A DNA stretch of 63,722 nt, the filler included, from Phoronis australis (lineage: Eukaryota > Animalia > Phoronida), in the NCBI GenBank assembly GCA_002633005.1. It is 8 parts of 8 records of this genome, joined end to end, with 100 filler letters (N's around TTAATTAATTAA, not from the genome) between each part and the next. Parts side by side here need not be neighbours in the genome. Positions count along the whole stretch, not along the records: positions 33,737 to 40,614 come from NMRA01002098.1; positions 40,715 to 48,994 come from NMRA01001043.1; positions 49,095 to 62,348 come from NMRA01000119.1; 5 more parts are not named here. One strand, written 5' to 3'. The first letter of the stretch is position 1. The number at the start of each line of letters is the position of its first letter. Both the position numbers and the translations under genes were made by a program. The notes under the pieces were generated by a model. The model saw nothing but the letters and a program-made list of their open reading frames with translations, made no database searches and was not told the DNA's origin. This document shows positions 39,287-53,095 of this stretch, piece by piece.

Positions 39287-40235
39287 TAAGGTGTTGTGTC
39301 TTGTGGGGAGCCTTCCTCAGCGACGTCGTCAATGTCGGTAGACCGTGCTTTGAGAAAGGCAAGTTTGTCGTCACTAGAGAGGAACGGGCACCGAGACAAG
39401 AAGTACTCTGAGGGAGTGTAGGTGGTGGTGAATAAGACTAAAAACGGTGTTTTTACGGCGGCGACGGGAGTTGTTTTAGAGCTGGTTACACGCATGGAAC
39501 GAGTGTCTTCGATGTATCTAAGTTCATCAAGTAGTGAGTCCATAGCCTGAGAAATTTAAGTCTTGATGGAGGCGAGGGACTTCTTGGGCAACTTCGCGCT
39601 GTGTCGCTGCTCAACAAGTTGGGGTACACTAGTAGACCTGGGTTGACGAGCTGTAACCAAAAAAAAACGATATTATTTTCGAGAGAGGGAGTCATGTCTC
39701 CGTCGATGTCGACAGGTTCGACATGATGCGTTACGCCACACCCAACAGTAAGTAAGTTGTCCTCGAAAATTGCAGTGAGACGCTGGTATAGGTCTTCAGG
39801 TTCTTTGGGCCTAAACGATATGAGTCCCAGGTCTGACAACTGTGTTCCTGTGGATGCGAAGCCGAAATGTTGTCGGATTTTGAACTGCCAAATGTCCTGG
39901 ACGAAGGTGGGTCACTTCACAATAGAATTAAGGGATATGACTGAACAAAAGTTAGCAATCTGTCCAGTATGAGTTCTAAATGTGTCAATTTGACAGAACG
40001 CCGCTGCGCCTCTGAGGTGTCTTCACGGTTGTCAATTAGACCACGTAGTGGAGCAGCGGCGGTTTTCTTTAGGCAACTTACGCCACCGTCAAGCAATGGG
40101 GCAAGATCAAAGTTTCGGACCTCGGGTTGTAGCCACGTCGATGCCAACACGCCAGCCTAAACTATGAAACGAAAGTTTGTCGCGTTTAATAAGCAGACGA
40201 CACTTAAAGCCCATGATGGAATGGCGCACCAAGTT
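39287..40235 (-). pseudogene. Gypsy-type gag relic with putative PBS
   Basis: LELILGQIANFC...IRQHFGF...PEDLYQRLTAIFEDNLL...ISQAMDSLLDELR...FLSRCPFL; caca-act-tggtg LTR/PBS junction near 40229-40238. Confidence 0.75.
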
Positions 40236-43200
40236 GTGAAAAGAGATAATTCCTCACCCAATTTCATAAATTTGATCAGAAATTTGACATTTCGCTGTTT
40301 CGATCTTATGCTCACGACGCGCTTAAACCAACGACTCAAACTGGGGCGTCCAATAGTCCTTTTGCGAGTTTATAACAATAACGCGAGATTACGTGAGACT
40401 TAACTGTGACGTCACGGGAAGTGGGGCAAAAGCTTGGCGTTTGGCTCACTTGACCAATACGTTAGCAGAGTGTATTCTGTTATTTTCTTCCACTTTTTGG
40501 CCGTTTAGCTCGAAAAATGACAAACAAGCATAGCTGTAATGGCAAATGAAATTCAGATTCGCACTACAATACGTCACTTCTATCGCGTTTTGTACTAATT
40601 TGGTTTCATGTATTNNNNNNNNNNNNNNNNNNNNNNNNNNNNNNNNNNNNNNNNNNNNTTAATTAATTAANNNNNNNNNNNNNNNNNNNNNNNNNNNNNN
40701 NNNNNNNNNNNNNNGCTATTGTATTAACAACAACCGATTCTACGCGAAGTAAAAACAACAAATAAACATTGTTCTACTAATTATTAAATAAATACCATGT
40801 ATCCGTACATAAATAAGAGCCAAATTTCGAAGGAAATCGCTGTACAAACGGACGCTATCGTCTTTTCCGGTTTGGGTAAACTGTTCAATTTTACCTCCAA
40901 TACTGGAGAGCTTCATAGAATTGCCCAAAATTCTGCGTATTTGGCGGCATTTCACAGGAACTATGAAGAAACTCCCACAGATTTGACGATGGAATATTTT
41001 TAATTTACCTTATTTTGGTAGAAAAAAATATCTCACTTTAAATAGTTAGGAACTTCTTTCTAATAAAAGCCTTTTGAAACTCCACACTTACTACCCATTT
41101 CCCTATTGGAATACATGGGAATATTGGATGTGCTGTAATCCATACAAAAACATTTTTTGATTTTTAAAATAACTTTTTATTTTATTGTTTGGTATCCTTA
41201 ATAAAACCCCATTGACAAAATCCATGAATTTTAACATGCCTCCGCCGACCTCTGCAGGTTTTCTCAGATAATGCCTCTTAAACCTCCTCTTTCATCAGTT
41301 AAAGAGGGACTCTCATGATCAATGCGCTCATAGAGAACTTACTTTATACGCCTTCTGAACCAGTCTTCCTCAACGGAGGCGGTTTGAGGCGATTTGTCAC
41401 ACGTATGGGATGGTGCCTTCTGACGTCAATGCCGGGCCGTCTGGCCAAAACGCCACAAACTGGCCAGAATAACGATAACGTTAAAAGCCAAGCAGAAGTC
41501 CGTGAGATGGAGACGCAACATCGCTAATTTTTTAAAGTTTTTATTCCAGTATTAGACTCAATGTAATATAACATCAATACTTCCGCGTGTTTGGTGAGCA
41601 CTGAATATTCAGCAGCTAACTTCAGTGATTTTTGATTTAGCAAAATATCATATAACAATAGGCAGCGTCTAAGCAAAAGCAACACTTCTTACAAATTATT
41701 TACTAATACTGATAAAATTTTTGTACAAATGGTGACTTTATAAAATTTATAACCAAACGACGTCGTTTTTATCAATAAATGAAAACTGAATATCTCATTG
41801 TCTGCACACGCATTACGGTAGTCAATGACTTGCACTCTCGGTAAGAATGGCGTGTGAAGGAACATTCAGGTGAGGCTTTTGTGCAGTTACTCGTTTTGAT
41901 CTTCTCGCAAAGAGGGCGCTGTCGTTTTTACTGCCAAAAACCCCAGTTTTGGGATTGTGGCTGCATGGGAGAGACTTTTTGTAAATATAAAGGAGTACTA
42001 AACCCTGTTTTGATGATTTCAACCAGTCTTTGTTCTGTCACCTACTAATCCATCATTGGTGTCAATCTTCCAAGTCAAAGGCAGGAATCAACGAAAAATT
42101 CATTATCCTTTTGTCACAGATTGGACATTATAGTTCTTGACGGGTGTTTGTTTCCCACGCTAAAAGCGTAGGTCACTCTTGCTCGTTTATCAGAGATTAA
42201 ATGGACTTTACCTTTAAACTTTTGAGGCCTGTCGACGGTTACAGAACAGGATGAGAAAGTCGTGTTCAGTAACTGTCAATAGGCCAAAACCCGGTTTGGC
42301 ATCCTTTTAAATATAAACAATAAAAAATAACAAGCGCTTCAGGGAACTAATCTAGGCTTTTCGTTCCTTAACTCAAAACGTCGTCAGTGGGAAACCACAC
42401 ATTTGAAAAATGAAAACACTGCAGAACAGTCAAACCGTTGACAGCCAGAAAATGTAAAATAGACAGGAAATAAATAAATCGGCCTCAAATACTATTCTTA
42501 TTTATAGAGAGGAACGTCTGCGGGGCTTGTATATTTATTGTATTGTTAATATGAAATCGTTCGCTAAGGCGCTTGTTAATTGTTCTCTTTTGTTAGTTAA
42601 GTCTAACATCAGTTATATCAGCTATAAGTGTTTAGAATGCTTTCTGAGAGACATTTTGATCTCTGAAGGCGGTGTAATTTCTGTCCGGAATGTACAGGAA
42701 CTCAACGACTATAGAATACTCCAGAAATGGAACCAGTTCAAAGGCCTTGTATGAAAAAGTCACCAGACTTTCATGGAGAACCATTCCTGTAGCTTAGGAT
42801 GCGCTCAGTAGACACGAGAACATCGTCATTAGCAAGATCACGCAAGTGAAATGCGAGCTGAGTACTTCGCGACTATTCGCTTAGGAGCTCACTGTGGCAC
42901 CCTAGGAGAACATCGATCATTAGTATGATTGGTCGGTGAGGTTGAAATGTTGAATTATGGAACAGAATTCGCTTTTTCAGTTTCATAAATGAAGATTTCT
43001 GGGCACAAATGTTTTGAGATTGCTTTCGTCTTCGCATTTGCTGCTGTGAGAACTCTTCATGCCAAGATACCCTGAGTGCTACATCTCCTTATAGGTGGCG
43101 CTGTAATAGAGGTGTCAAGACGACGATTATCTCCATTACAGACTTCTTGTTTTTAACTCCGCCAGGGCGTAAAGTCTGATAATAGCGCTCCATTGTAACC

Positions 43201-43441
43201 CCATGGGAGTATAAAGCGGAGGCACAGGGACAGCATCCCCCCAGATTCGGGCAAACGTTATAAGGGATTCTTGCAAAACAAGAACAATCGGGCAGCGAAA
43301 TATATACAAGAGACCACATCGACTGAGACAAACCACCAAGAATTGCGAGCAAATCATAGACACAATAGCACTGACCGGAAATGGAAGGATGACATACCCT
43401 GCGTATAAACAATACCTGATGGTGTCATAATGACGAAATCG

Positions 43442-43515
43442 CATAGGCGGATTTAGGGGGGCAGGGCCCCCCATGGCTGCCGCAAAAAATAAAACAGCAA
43501 GAGAGTAGGGAAATC
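43442..43515 (+). mobile_element. Left end of the cataggcggatttagggg MITE family (also 30833, 35132, 54106, 56693)
   Basis: Shared terminus and downstream ttggctgccgc..aaaaaataaaacagc. Confidence 0.75.
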
Positions 43516-43552
43516 TACCTGACAAACTACAGGTATGACTCAAGGGTCCAGT

Positions 43553-43632
43553 AGTGTGACCCAACAGGACTCGAACCCACGACCTTGAGAAAAAGGATCC
43601 AACCCTTATGGCACTATGCCACTCTGAATCCC
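43553..43632 (-). mobile_element. tRNA-derived SINE head
   Basis: Minus strand tggcatagtgc A box and ggttcgagtcc B box. Confidence 0.6.
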
Positions 43633-44319
43633 ACGGATTGAATGAAAATTTTACATACAGGTGTATCAACTTTCAGGAAAATTACATGTTTGAGATGACT
43701 CACCGTGGCTCTACCTCACTCCTATTTCTTGTACATTCTACAAAAATGGACTAAAAGTCGTGATTCGTGGGATTTTTGACAATTACATATCTGGTAAGAT
43801 GTTCACGTTCTAATAAATTTTGGTGCAGGTTGAAATTGGTGAAATTGATATCATTCTCCGAAAAACAAATTCCATGATTAGATGATTTATGCCAACATGG
43901 ATGCACCCATTGTCTGTTCCAGGATGTCGTAAGGGTGTTTCTGATCCAGAAAGTTGACAAGTACAAAGGAACGCTGCTGCTCGTTTAACATCAATAGGTA
44001 TAATGACCGATGAAAAAACAGCCGAACATAAAGTTCCTTTGTTGCGCTCTGCACAGCAAGATTTAACCTCGTTTTGTTACTGACAAAATACAAAGAAGTT
44101 TCGAGGTGTGTACAGTTCAGTGCTCTTCTTTTGAACATTCTTTCCACGATTACTTGTGACATCACAAACAACAGTGCATCTTCAATAAATTTGCCTTCGA
44201 TATTTCGTTAACTTCTGGAACATGTTCCTCTGCGGAGAATTCGTTAGATCCACTCGGACTGCCCACTGGTAGTGCTAGACAGCTTTTCCAGTCTGACACA
44301 ACGACAAATTGATACCTAT

Positions 44320-44595
44320 TTACTTTATTTCTTAACTCGTTACACAATATATGACTTTATTTGAAACAATTCTACATTTTTTCAACAATTGAAATATAAC
44401 AAAACCTCTTCTATTCAGAGAAAAACAATATTATTAAAAAGTCGGAGGAGCAAATATTTTTTGTCGACTTCCCTTTGGTCCGTGAAAGTTAGTATAGGAT
44501 AACATCTCCATTTTTTAAAATGGGTAGAGGTTGTACACAAGGTGACCCTTTGTCTCTTTTTCTTTTACTCTGAGCCGAAATTATGGGATCGTGAT
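44320..44595 (+). pseudogene. L1/Tx1-type LINE reverse transcriptase relic
   Basis: SPFFKMGRGCTQGDPLSLFLLL*AEIMG motif. Confidence 0.65.
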
Positions 44596-45790
44596 TATTG
44601 CCCTGTGATTGTCATCAACGGCTGACTCACATTCGGGATCAAGATTTCTTTCTTACCAAGCTACACTCAGCGAAGCATGGACTAAAGCTTTTCAGTACAA
44701 ATATGTCAACGCCCAGAATTTTATGAGCTTTAAATACAATAACTGGTTCGTAGTCTCGCGCCTCTATTTTTTTGAATTATGTCATGAGTAGTGTTATGAA
44801 GACTAGTGACTGCTGCGTTTGTGCGCAAGTATGGCGCACGGGATGAACTCGCGCGAAAACGCAAACGCTTAATGTACGTGCGTGTGTTCTCATAAAGTTT
44901 TGACATTCAATGTATTGAAATCCTTTAAGATAACACTTACAATGAGCAAATAAACGTAACACCATAACTGTAAATTTCGAGACACCAAAAATATATTTTT
45001 ATTATCAAAAAGTGTGAGCTCAACCACGGACTTTCTAAAAATCTAGACCTAGGCCTTGCTAGGATTCCTTGAAGTATCTCCTCTTTGAGAAATGAATATT
45101 TTACTGGTATTTGCTCTAACTAAATACCTGTGTATTTTTAGTAAAACGCATCGTGTCATTTTGCGAGAAATAAGAACTGAAATGAAACCAAGACTTTTGC
45201 GACCAAGTGAAGAAATTGAACTTTTTCTGCCTAATACCGTATTTGTTTTCAGGAGCCCACTAGTTTGAACTCTAATTGGCTGCAAACATTACATACTCAT
45301 AGAGAAGTGGCACCAACGCTGGTAGCCGTATCTATCTGGTGGTCCCCTACTCTTTCCAGAGCTATAGGTTCACATCGTTTCGTGAATGACAGCCCTGGGT
45401 ATGTTTTCATGAAGACGTACTGACGACTTGAGACAGAAATTTGGTCTCACGTCCACATAACTTTGTGAAAAATGTAAAATAAGTGCAGTTTCTGAGAATA
45501 TACTCAAAAGCGCTAGTTTCTGAGGTAATTTCCATAAATTCTTAACAGCCTGTGATGCACTCATAGTTACTGAGCTAAAACTTTATCCAGCAACAGTTAA
45601 TAATGTGGAGCGTATGACCAAATTTCTATCTTCACTTTCATGAAACAAATCCCTGTTCTTATTTACGTCTTCTTACTTTCAATTTTCCGAAGGCTGAGTT
45701 GATGAAAGCTGGCGGGTACGTTTCAGGATCGCTACCTAGAATTTAACAATATTTAAGTTTTGGTAATGTTCGTCTAATCATGTTCATTCG

Positions 45791-46516
45791 AAATTAATCA
45801 CACGAGTCTTGAATTAATAGCATCATTTGGGAACAAAGTTTGACTAGCTTTGTTTGCATACATCTGTACCCTGTTGCATAAACACTATACGCTCACTGAG
45901 CAACTACGAAGTCGCATTTGTTACACTGATGCGTCACAGTAGAATTTGAGTTTTCCCTTTTTCATTTGCTAAAATATTTCCTTTACGTAAAATATAGCGT
46001 TTGGGGAACAATGCATAAAACATACTATCAGAAAGTTTCATGTGAATACAATCAGCCGTTTCTCAGATATGATATTCCGAATTTAGCCAAATTTGGACAA
46101 TTTTAGGGTCCCACGTGACCTTACTATGCGTCATGTTGCTTTTGTTCNTCATTCGCCAAATTAATCACACGAGTCTTGAATTAATAGCATCATTTGGGAA
46201 CAAAGTTTGACTAGCTTTGTTTGCATACATCTGTACCCTGTTGCATAAACACTATACGCTCACTGAGCAACTACGAAGTCGCATCTGTTACACTGATGCG
46301 TCACAGTAGAATTTGAGTTTTCCCTTTTTCATTTGCTAAAATATTTCCTTTACGTAAAATATAGCGTTTGGGGAACAATGCATAAAACATACTATCAGAA
46401 AGTTTCATGTGAATACAATCAGCCGTTTCTCAGATATGATATTCCGAATTTAGCCAAATTTGGACAATTTTAGGGTCCCACGTGACCTTACTATGCGTCA
46501 TGTTGCTTTTGTTCAA
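45791..46516. repeat. ~367-bp near-perfect tandem duplication around a single N
   Basis: Two near-identical copies flanking the n at 46148; likely assembly overlap. Confidence 0.8.
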
Positions 46517-46699
46517 CAATGTGTTTGACGTCTTGATCGATGTGCTTGACGTCATGAACAATTAAACGTATCCAGCGCATAAGTTTCCAAGTTTTATGCA
46601 TGCCTGTCGTGCACTCCACGTGTCTCTGCTCAAAGAAATTTTACAAAGTCCTCGCGATTTCAATACTCTAATTAATGATGTTGTGTAAAGCATTACACA

Positions 46700-46859
46700 A
46701 GACAACCTAGCACCGTATATTGTCAGTCACTAAGTTCAGACAACCTAGCACCGTATATTGTCAGTCACTAAGTTCAGACAACCTAGCACCGTATATTGTC
46801 AGTCACTAAGTTCAGACGTCGGACAACCTAGCACCGTATATTGTCAGTCACTAAGTTCA
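46700..46859. repeat. ~38-bp tandem repeat x4 (agacaacctagcaccgtatattgtcagtcactaagttc)
   Basis: Directly visible, no unique spacers. Confidence 0.9.
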
Positions 46860-47411
46860 TATTTGACTGTTCTATACAGTACACTTTTGATTGTTTGATC
46901 TAAGATCGTATTGCAAAATAGTAATTTTTAACATACAAGCCGGTGAAAGTTGATGATGTGAGAATTTGATACTTTCACCATGGCACGTTTACGAAAGTTG
47001 GGGTGTTCGCCTTACTTAGGACAGTCAATACAATCTCTCCACTTCATATGATATTCAATTCACACTGAAAAAAGAGCAGTGGGACGAACATGGATTATAC
47101 GGTTCTGCCTCATTGTAAAATACGATGTATAAGGCTACGCAGATCTCACTGAGGTAAACATATTTGAGTACCAAGTAACCGCCCAGTCTCCTTTCAACCC
47201 CTTGTCCTTTCACTCTGGTATTCATAAACAGCCTTTCACTATTTCAACAATAGTGGACCAAGACGAAATGAGCCAGTCAATCATTGACCTCCGTCACTAG
47301 TGGGAGTGAAAGTCCTGTTTGAGACAACACATTCCGTAGGTAGCTGAGAGATGTGTTAAACTGCCGGAGTATTGTTACGCAACACATAGTTTTGCCGATC
47401 ATCTGTTCAAC

Positions 47412-47579
47412 ATGAATTTGATGGTCGTAATTAGTACGATTTTTGCTTCACTCGTTGTCGTGGAAGGCGGTGTTGTAACGTCACCGGACGTGAGGTTTTT
47501 ACCTGGGATAGATTATCACTACACGTACAGGTCAGATTCTGACATCCTCGGCGCCCAGAACGTAACCCATATAATCAAG
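47412..47579 (+). CDS. First coding exon of a secreted protein, probably large lipid transfer protein (vitellogenin/apolipophorin/MTP) family
   Basis: caacATG start, hydrophobic signal peptide, FLPGIDYHYTYRS matching the F..G..Y.Y.Y N-terminal strand, AAG|gtaagt donor. Confidence 0.65.
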
Positions 47580-49697
47580 GTAAGTGACTGGTATAGAATA
47601 CTACGCACATCAGGTCCCTTAATCCGTCATCTAAACAGACTTTTAGGATGGTAATGGAGCATTTCTTTCGAGCCCGTTTCTTGAAGTATACCTGATCGAT
47701 CTGACTCACACGCACATCTTCAGAATCGGAATCGTGTGATCGGAACTTTCAATTTATGTACTTCGTCCAACCTCTAAAACAAAGGAAACATACTGACTTA
47801 ATTAAAAGAATATCGATGTTCGTTTTTGCAGAATATGATTGACACGAGCGCCAATCAGTCGGCCAAGTATGTCCGCTTACACAATGTCGCCATTTCTCAT
47901 GAGACCAATCGCTGCGGCGTAACTTGTCGCTGGGGCTCTAGTGCTTTTTCCATTTGCGTAGACACGTAGGTTTTAGATATGCCTTTAACAAAATATTAAT
48001 TGTGATACATGCATGTTTGTACGGCAACATACCAAAATAATGTCGACATAACGACTAATCATCTGTTTGTGTGACTATAGTAAACCCATTTTCATGGCTA
48101 AAATATTTTAATGATATTTTGTGCAATTAACCTTCGTGCTTTGGACCGGTAACATTGCACTCTCGAGAACAGCAAGTCTTCAACAAACCAAAGCTGACAG
48201 AGCCAGACATTCATGAGCACTTGGGATGAGCATTAAGAACCCAGGTGAAGATTGTGTAACTTGAACGTCCTGCTTCTTTTCTAAACAAGGGAGGGTTCAA
48301 TCGAGAGGCGGGGGATGTGTGGAAAAGATAACTATAACAAAGGGAGGTTGTTAGACTCATGGTGACACTATTAAAATATTTCTATCAAAGTGCATGTCAT
48401 TGAAAATCTGGTTCAAATTCTAGCGGAACTGAATGATTTCAAAACCGGTACCCGCCGTTTCACACTTTCAAGATTTGTTCACAAAATTTGACGAGGCTTA
48501 CCTTAAAACCATGTACACTGATGAACGACAGTCCCACTGCATCACTGACAATCAGTACAGTGACGTAACGCATTACTCCATTAAATATGCCAGAATTGTT
48601 TTGCCTTTTTTCACACTATACCTCAAGTTTCATTGTGAAATCTCAATTTTTCTTTCCGGATTGCCCGTTTGCAATGGCGGCTGGCGACAAAGTCACAGAA
48701 GTCGATAGTGTAACATAACATTGAAAGAACCCCCTTATTAAAAATTTTGCTTCCTCACCCTAATCTCACTCCTCTCGGACGTTGGCAGGAATGTACGAAA
48801 TGACGTACTTTGTTTCATCGCCGAGCACAACAACGGCGACTTACGATTATAGCGACACTAGCTTGTCCTTAGAATAATGCAATCAAAATCTCCAACGAAC
48901 TGCCGGTTCGCTTGAAAACGGGGGTGGGGTTGGGGGGAAGGGGGCCGTGACGGCGTGATTAGAGGTTGGGTAAGGGCTATATCATAACGACAGTNNNNNN
49001 NNNNNNNNNNNNNNNNNNNNNNNNNNNNNNNNNNNNNNTTAATTAATTAANNNNNNNNNNNNNNNNNNNNNNNNNNNNNNNNNNNNNNNNNNNNCGTATA
49101 CACTTCCTGTTAGGTTTTTTCAGGTTTTGTGTTCATGTTCTGTACTTTTCCTTTAAGCCCTTCAGGCAGTTCTTTTGTTTTGTTCCCTCTTGTAGGGCTT
49201 TTCATTGTACACGCCGGTGGGCGTTTTCTGCATGCCCATCTTGCAGAGTCTTAGTTAGTTTTATCTATTACGTCATAATAAATGACAAATATTCCCAATC
49301 CTCCTCTTGTTTTACTCTGCAACATAGCTCGTGGCGTACCCCGGGCAAAATAGATTACGATAAATGATTTTTTTAAGTTTGCCTTTGTGTCTTCGGATCT
49401 CAGTAATGTATTTTATGAAATTCGGCAAATAGGTTTCTATTAAGGAGACGACAACGCTTTCTCATTTTCTGACAGATTTGATTTTTTGCCTCACCTGGTG
49501 GGCATTTTTGTTACTTTTGCATCTTTCTGATGTCCACCTCCCTATCTGCCATACCGCTCCAAAGTTCATTATGAGACTTTACTGATGTGTTTCTGATGAG
49601 AAGAACAAGACTGAAGTCGACTTTCGGACGGGTCCGACTACTGTGTCGCCCCCTATAGGTGATTTATGTTTTTTACGTCTGAGGCCGAATCTTCTTA

Positions 49698-50056
49698 CCG
49701 GGATTTTCTGTACATAAGCACATGGGCGTGTATTTGGAAAATGAAAATTTAGTAACACCAAATAAACGCACGGGCGTATATTTGGAAAGAGGGGCGTGTA
49801 AAGGAAAGTCCTAGTTTTTCCGAATTTCATATTTTTTTACTTAAAATTGTGTTTTTAATTTTTATCTTAATAAATAGTTCGCCAACACCTTGTTCATTTT
49901 TATAAATGATAAATGCTCCACAAATTTTTGACAAAAGTTGACGCTAACTGGGCTTTTAAGAGGAATTTTCCCATTAAACGCCCTACTATCTTAACTGGAC
50001 TTGACAGCAAAAATTGTAACACAAAATCGATTGGGCTTATCTACGGAAAACCCCGG
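49698..50056. mobile_element. Tc1/mariner(pogo)-type MITE, TA TSD
   Basis: ta|ccgggattttc...gaaaaccccgg|ta; inverted homolog at 52144-52551. Confidence 0.8.
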
Positions 50057-52143
50057 TAACCCTTTGAAGAAGCTTTGTGAAATTTGAAAGATGTGTTTCT
50101 ATGGAGCCGACGACAAACGGTAACAAATGTCGAACTAATCCAAATACCACTGTGCCCATTAGTAGCAAATTAGTAGTTATATAGTAGTTAATAAAAGTAG
50201 AAGACATCATATACATATATGAGTAATATACATACGTATGAGAATATTGAAGGCATGATATTTGCTACACAGAACACTTCTAATTAAATTGACTTCTGAT
50301 AATTGTTTTGAAACTTATAAAAGACGATGCACATTTGGCCTCGGAGGGGAGGATGTTCCATAAATAAGCCCCACTGTAAGTAAATGATTTCTTTTACCAG
50401 TTGCATTTTTGGATTTTTGGCAGATTGAAATTGGATGACTGTGAAGCCCTGTGTTATAGCGATTAGCAGTCATCGTAAACTTCATACTTTTAAGTACTGT
50501 TGGTACAAGACGGCTAAACCATTCGTCATACATACAACACGCTGATAGGAATTTACGTCTTGCGTGTACTTTCATTATGTCCGTCTTCGTATGGAAGTTT
50601 TCAATATTAATATCTCCACCACCAGCTCTAAGAATAACCAGGGCAGCCCTATTTTCGTTAACCTGGATAGTTTTCATCGTTTTCATATCCTTATTAGATG
50701 CTGTGCCACACACTTCGTCTGCCATTTGCTAAACCAATATGAAAATGCTTCCGACGCCACTATTACATACAATATAAGTTTGGCTGTGCACACAATAATA
50801 AATAATAAAGTTGGAATGATCATAATAATGTATCAGAACATCGTATATAGAAGAATAAAAGCTCGAAGCCGTAAAAAGTGTTGTGTCGGTACACGATGTA
50901 TGAACCCTGACAGATGTTGACACAACTTTTAAGTTGTGTTTTTAGTGCTTTCAAGAAAAGAAAGTGTTAAAACTCTTTTCTTGAAAGCCCTAAAAACATT
51001 TTGGCCTAGCTACTGTACATTGAACCTCGCTAAATTTCGAGTCATTACTTAAGGTAAAATATTCCACTTGCCAACAAAATCCTTGCATCCGCTGAGCATT
51101 TTATTGCCACAGAAGGGAAATAAAGTCTGTTTACGAGATTTGTTGTCACAGTCTGGAGTAATCCTATATCCGAAAAATTTATAAGAATTTATTGAAAATA
51201 GAGCACGACAAATTAGGCTCTAAAGTCGGGGAAAAGGACTTTGTCTAGCTAACAAGCTGAGTTATCTGTAAATACATGCACGCGGCACTTGAACAGCAGG
51301 TGTCTTTGTCTACTGGACAGAACCTCACGCGACCTCCTGACGTCATATTGTGAGCCCTGGGAACCAATTTACAGGTGCTCATGGTCTACTTTTTGTTTAA
51401 TTGCATAATTTTGTGAATAAAGCACTTGTCTGGCAGAGCTGCCTGACCTCAAACTCCCTTTATTTCTGCCACTGCCGCACTGTCTAATGCTAAACATCAT
51501 TTCAGGATCTGGTCTGTGATTGCAATTCATTGCTGCAATGAGGTATTTTTAGTTGTTTAATCATGCGCGCACCGGGGGGGGGGGGGNTCGGGGGCTCGAA
51601 CGAGCCCCTACCCCCATTTGGCGACGTGGGTAAAAAAGTTCACCTCAGAGAAACAAAAAGTCCGAGAAAACGAGACAAAAGTCCACTAAAAAGGCACAGA
51701 CGCATAGTTCACAGACCTGAAGATGGTACCCGTTTTCTTTTTAGTCCTCCCGCTATTTTGTTAGCAAAGGGTCCACTTTGACAGAGATTCGACTCCCCCC
51801 ATATTAAAGGCTGGGTGTTATTGTATCAAAAACGAAACATCACATGATATCGGCGTAAGTGGTCCAGCAATATCTGGTTGGGTAAAATACCATATGTCAA
51901 TCCTAAGTACTGGTGGGCAGCTTCAAAAATGGAAGTGTGCACAGACCAGATCAGAGCTAAATACGTTGAAATAATCTGAACTTTGAAAATTGCGTGGGAA
52001 TCTGACTTCATTGTACTGTGTAAGAAATCACTACATTCTGGTCAATTCTTTACCAATATTATGATTTCATTAAAGAGAAAACTGGAAAACAATTCACCAT
52101 AATATCACATCAACCTTTTTCTAACAGTGAGGTTATAAGCGTA

Positions 52144-52551
52144 CCGGGGTTTTTCGTAGATAAGTTCAATCGATGAAACGCCCAAGGGCGTTTATTCGGA
52201 GAATTATGCCGAATAAACGCGCATGTACCTTTATTTGGTGTTACAACTTCTGGTGTCAAGTGTCCAGATAGTGGGGCGTTTATTCGGAAGATTTCCTCTT
52301 AAAAGCCCTCTCCCAGTCAAATTTCTGTCACAAATTTAGTTTTATGGAGCATTTACATATAAAAGCGAACAAGGTGTTGACGAATTATGCATTAACAACA
52401 TAGAATTTAAAAACACAGTTTTAAGTAAAAAATGTCAAAGTCAGCAAAACTATGACATTTCGTTTACACGCCCTCCTTTTCCGAATAAACGCCTGGGCGT
52501 GTTTTCATTTTCCGAATACACGCTCATGGGCTTATCGACGGAAAATCCCGG
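52144..52551. mobile_element. Second copy of the same MITE, opposite orientation
   Basis: ta|ccggggttttt...gaaaatcccgg|ta. Confidence 0.8.
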
Positions 52552-53095
52552 TAACTGACAATTTGGAAGTTAAGAAAGCGCGCAGAATTGATGAAACTCC
52601 AAATGATGGGATTAAGTTGGATCGTAGGGGAGACCGAGGCTAGTTCGACCCTTTTTTGAAAAAAGTGCAATAATGCGGAAGCTATTTAAGCTGGTTTATC
52701 CATAAGCGCTGTACAAGAAGTGCAGTCTGTGGAAATTTAGGCGATGTAAGTGCACCTGTCTTGCAGCAATTTTTGTTTTAAAATGTCCACCTTCGGGGGC
52801 CCAACTTGCCCCAGGCCGGGGCAAGTTGGGCCCACTCACGGGGCAAGTTCGGCCTCCATTGCAGTACTCTTAAAATGAACAAAAACACATTTTTGCAAAA
52901 TTTAATGTTGGTGTATACCTTTTTATTTGTCCCAAAGGACCGTAAATTACACAACAGCTAGGGCTTGAATGTCAACTGTCTACTAAAAATACGTCGCGAC
53001 GATCATAATCTTTCACCTACTAAACTGATCGGATGCTACTTTTCTACTTAATGAGCTATTAAAAGTAAACAACATGAGACTTAAACGTATGTGTC

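Noticed and set aside
46700-46859. ~38-bp repeats resembling a CRISPR array
   Set aside because: Units are head-to-tail without unique spacers, no cas genes, eukaryotic context
48919-48946. G-quadruplex-like G-run cluster
   Set aside because: Sits at a contig end with no functional context; such runs are common in this window's repeats
50315-50725. 136-aa minus-strand ORF (MADEVCG...)
   Set aside because: No recognisable motif or partner exon; cannot distinguish from chance
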